From Chrysomallon squamiferum (lineage: Eukaryota; Animalia; Mollusca): 64,000 bases of DNA. Numbering within the stretch: the first letter of the stretch is position 1; the number at the start of each line of letters is the position of its first letter. The position numbers and the translations under genes are program-made. The notes under the pieces were generated by a model. That model searched no databases. It saw only the letters and a list, made by a program, of their open reading frames with translations, and was not told where the DNA came from. Positions 63,601 through 64,000 of the stretch are shown in pieces. The stretch spans positions 5,456,001-5,520,000 of the forward strand of contig CM022668.1 of assembly GCA_012295275.1 (NCBI GenBank), written 5' to 3'.

Positions 63601-64000
63601 CAGTATTGGCCTGCACCTTCAATTCAATAGAACAAAGTCAGTGCTTTCCTAAATATTAAATCAAATCCTGAAACCCTTTCAGTAAAGTTAAGCGGGTCAT
63701 AAAATGGCAGCAGAGTACATGTGTTATTGCCAAAGGCCCACAAGTCTTGGGCACTTATGTCAATCTTCTCAAGTATAAATCACAGTTTATTAAGGTGAAG
63801 TAGACCGTGTTCATACTCTGTGCCGTCTAATGACGTCTGATTTCAGACTGGGTTGTACTGTTGTTGACTGAAACCTTGTTCAAAACCAATGGCAAGGCCC
63901 ACATGACATGATAAAATTACTTAATAGGTTTCATGAAATAAAATATTGTTTATATATCAACATCTGACATTGTGTCCAACTTAAAAAGCTTCAGATTGTC

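Noticed and set aside
1-64000. CRISPR arrays, tRNA/rRNA genes, prokaryotic operons
   Set aside because: None seen; the repeats are eukaryotic segmental or tandem duplications without a repeat-spacer pattern.

Overview
Very AT-rich, microsatellite-rich eukaryotic (invertebrate-like, probably lophotrochozoan; inference) DNA with one 200-N scaffold gap (11654-11853). The window is a duplicating and decaying cluster of caspase-8-like genes, which I reconstructed exon by exon. Gene 1 (minus, CDS 20822->13760, 10 coding exons, 672 aa) is intact and has an unusual DED-DED-death domain-(17-aa repeat)x3-p20/p10 architecture with SHG and QACQG. Gene 2 (minus, ~36668->27671) keeps an intact catalytic domain but has lost its DEDs and death domain. 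Gene 3 (minus, 55545->48394) keeps an intact catalytic domain but has lesions confined to prodomain exons. A plus-strand relic (~270-4243) lacks the catalytic exons. All three catalytic copies share an 87-nt intron leading to an alternative 'NDI-stop' exon, and gene 1 has two intact tandem terminal exons. Also present: a ~6.6-8.3 kb inverted duplication, a ~1.376 kb tandem repeat, kB/TATA promoter motifs, an orphan signal-peptide exon, a captured chitinase exon fragment, a mariner-type MITE, a Tx1/L1 fragment, a PIF/Harbinger relic and a decayed DDE transposon with ARL14EP-like and spindlin/Tudor-like domains. All gene models come from reading the sequence by hand, with no expression or database support.
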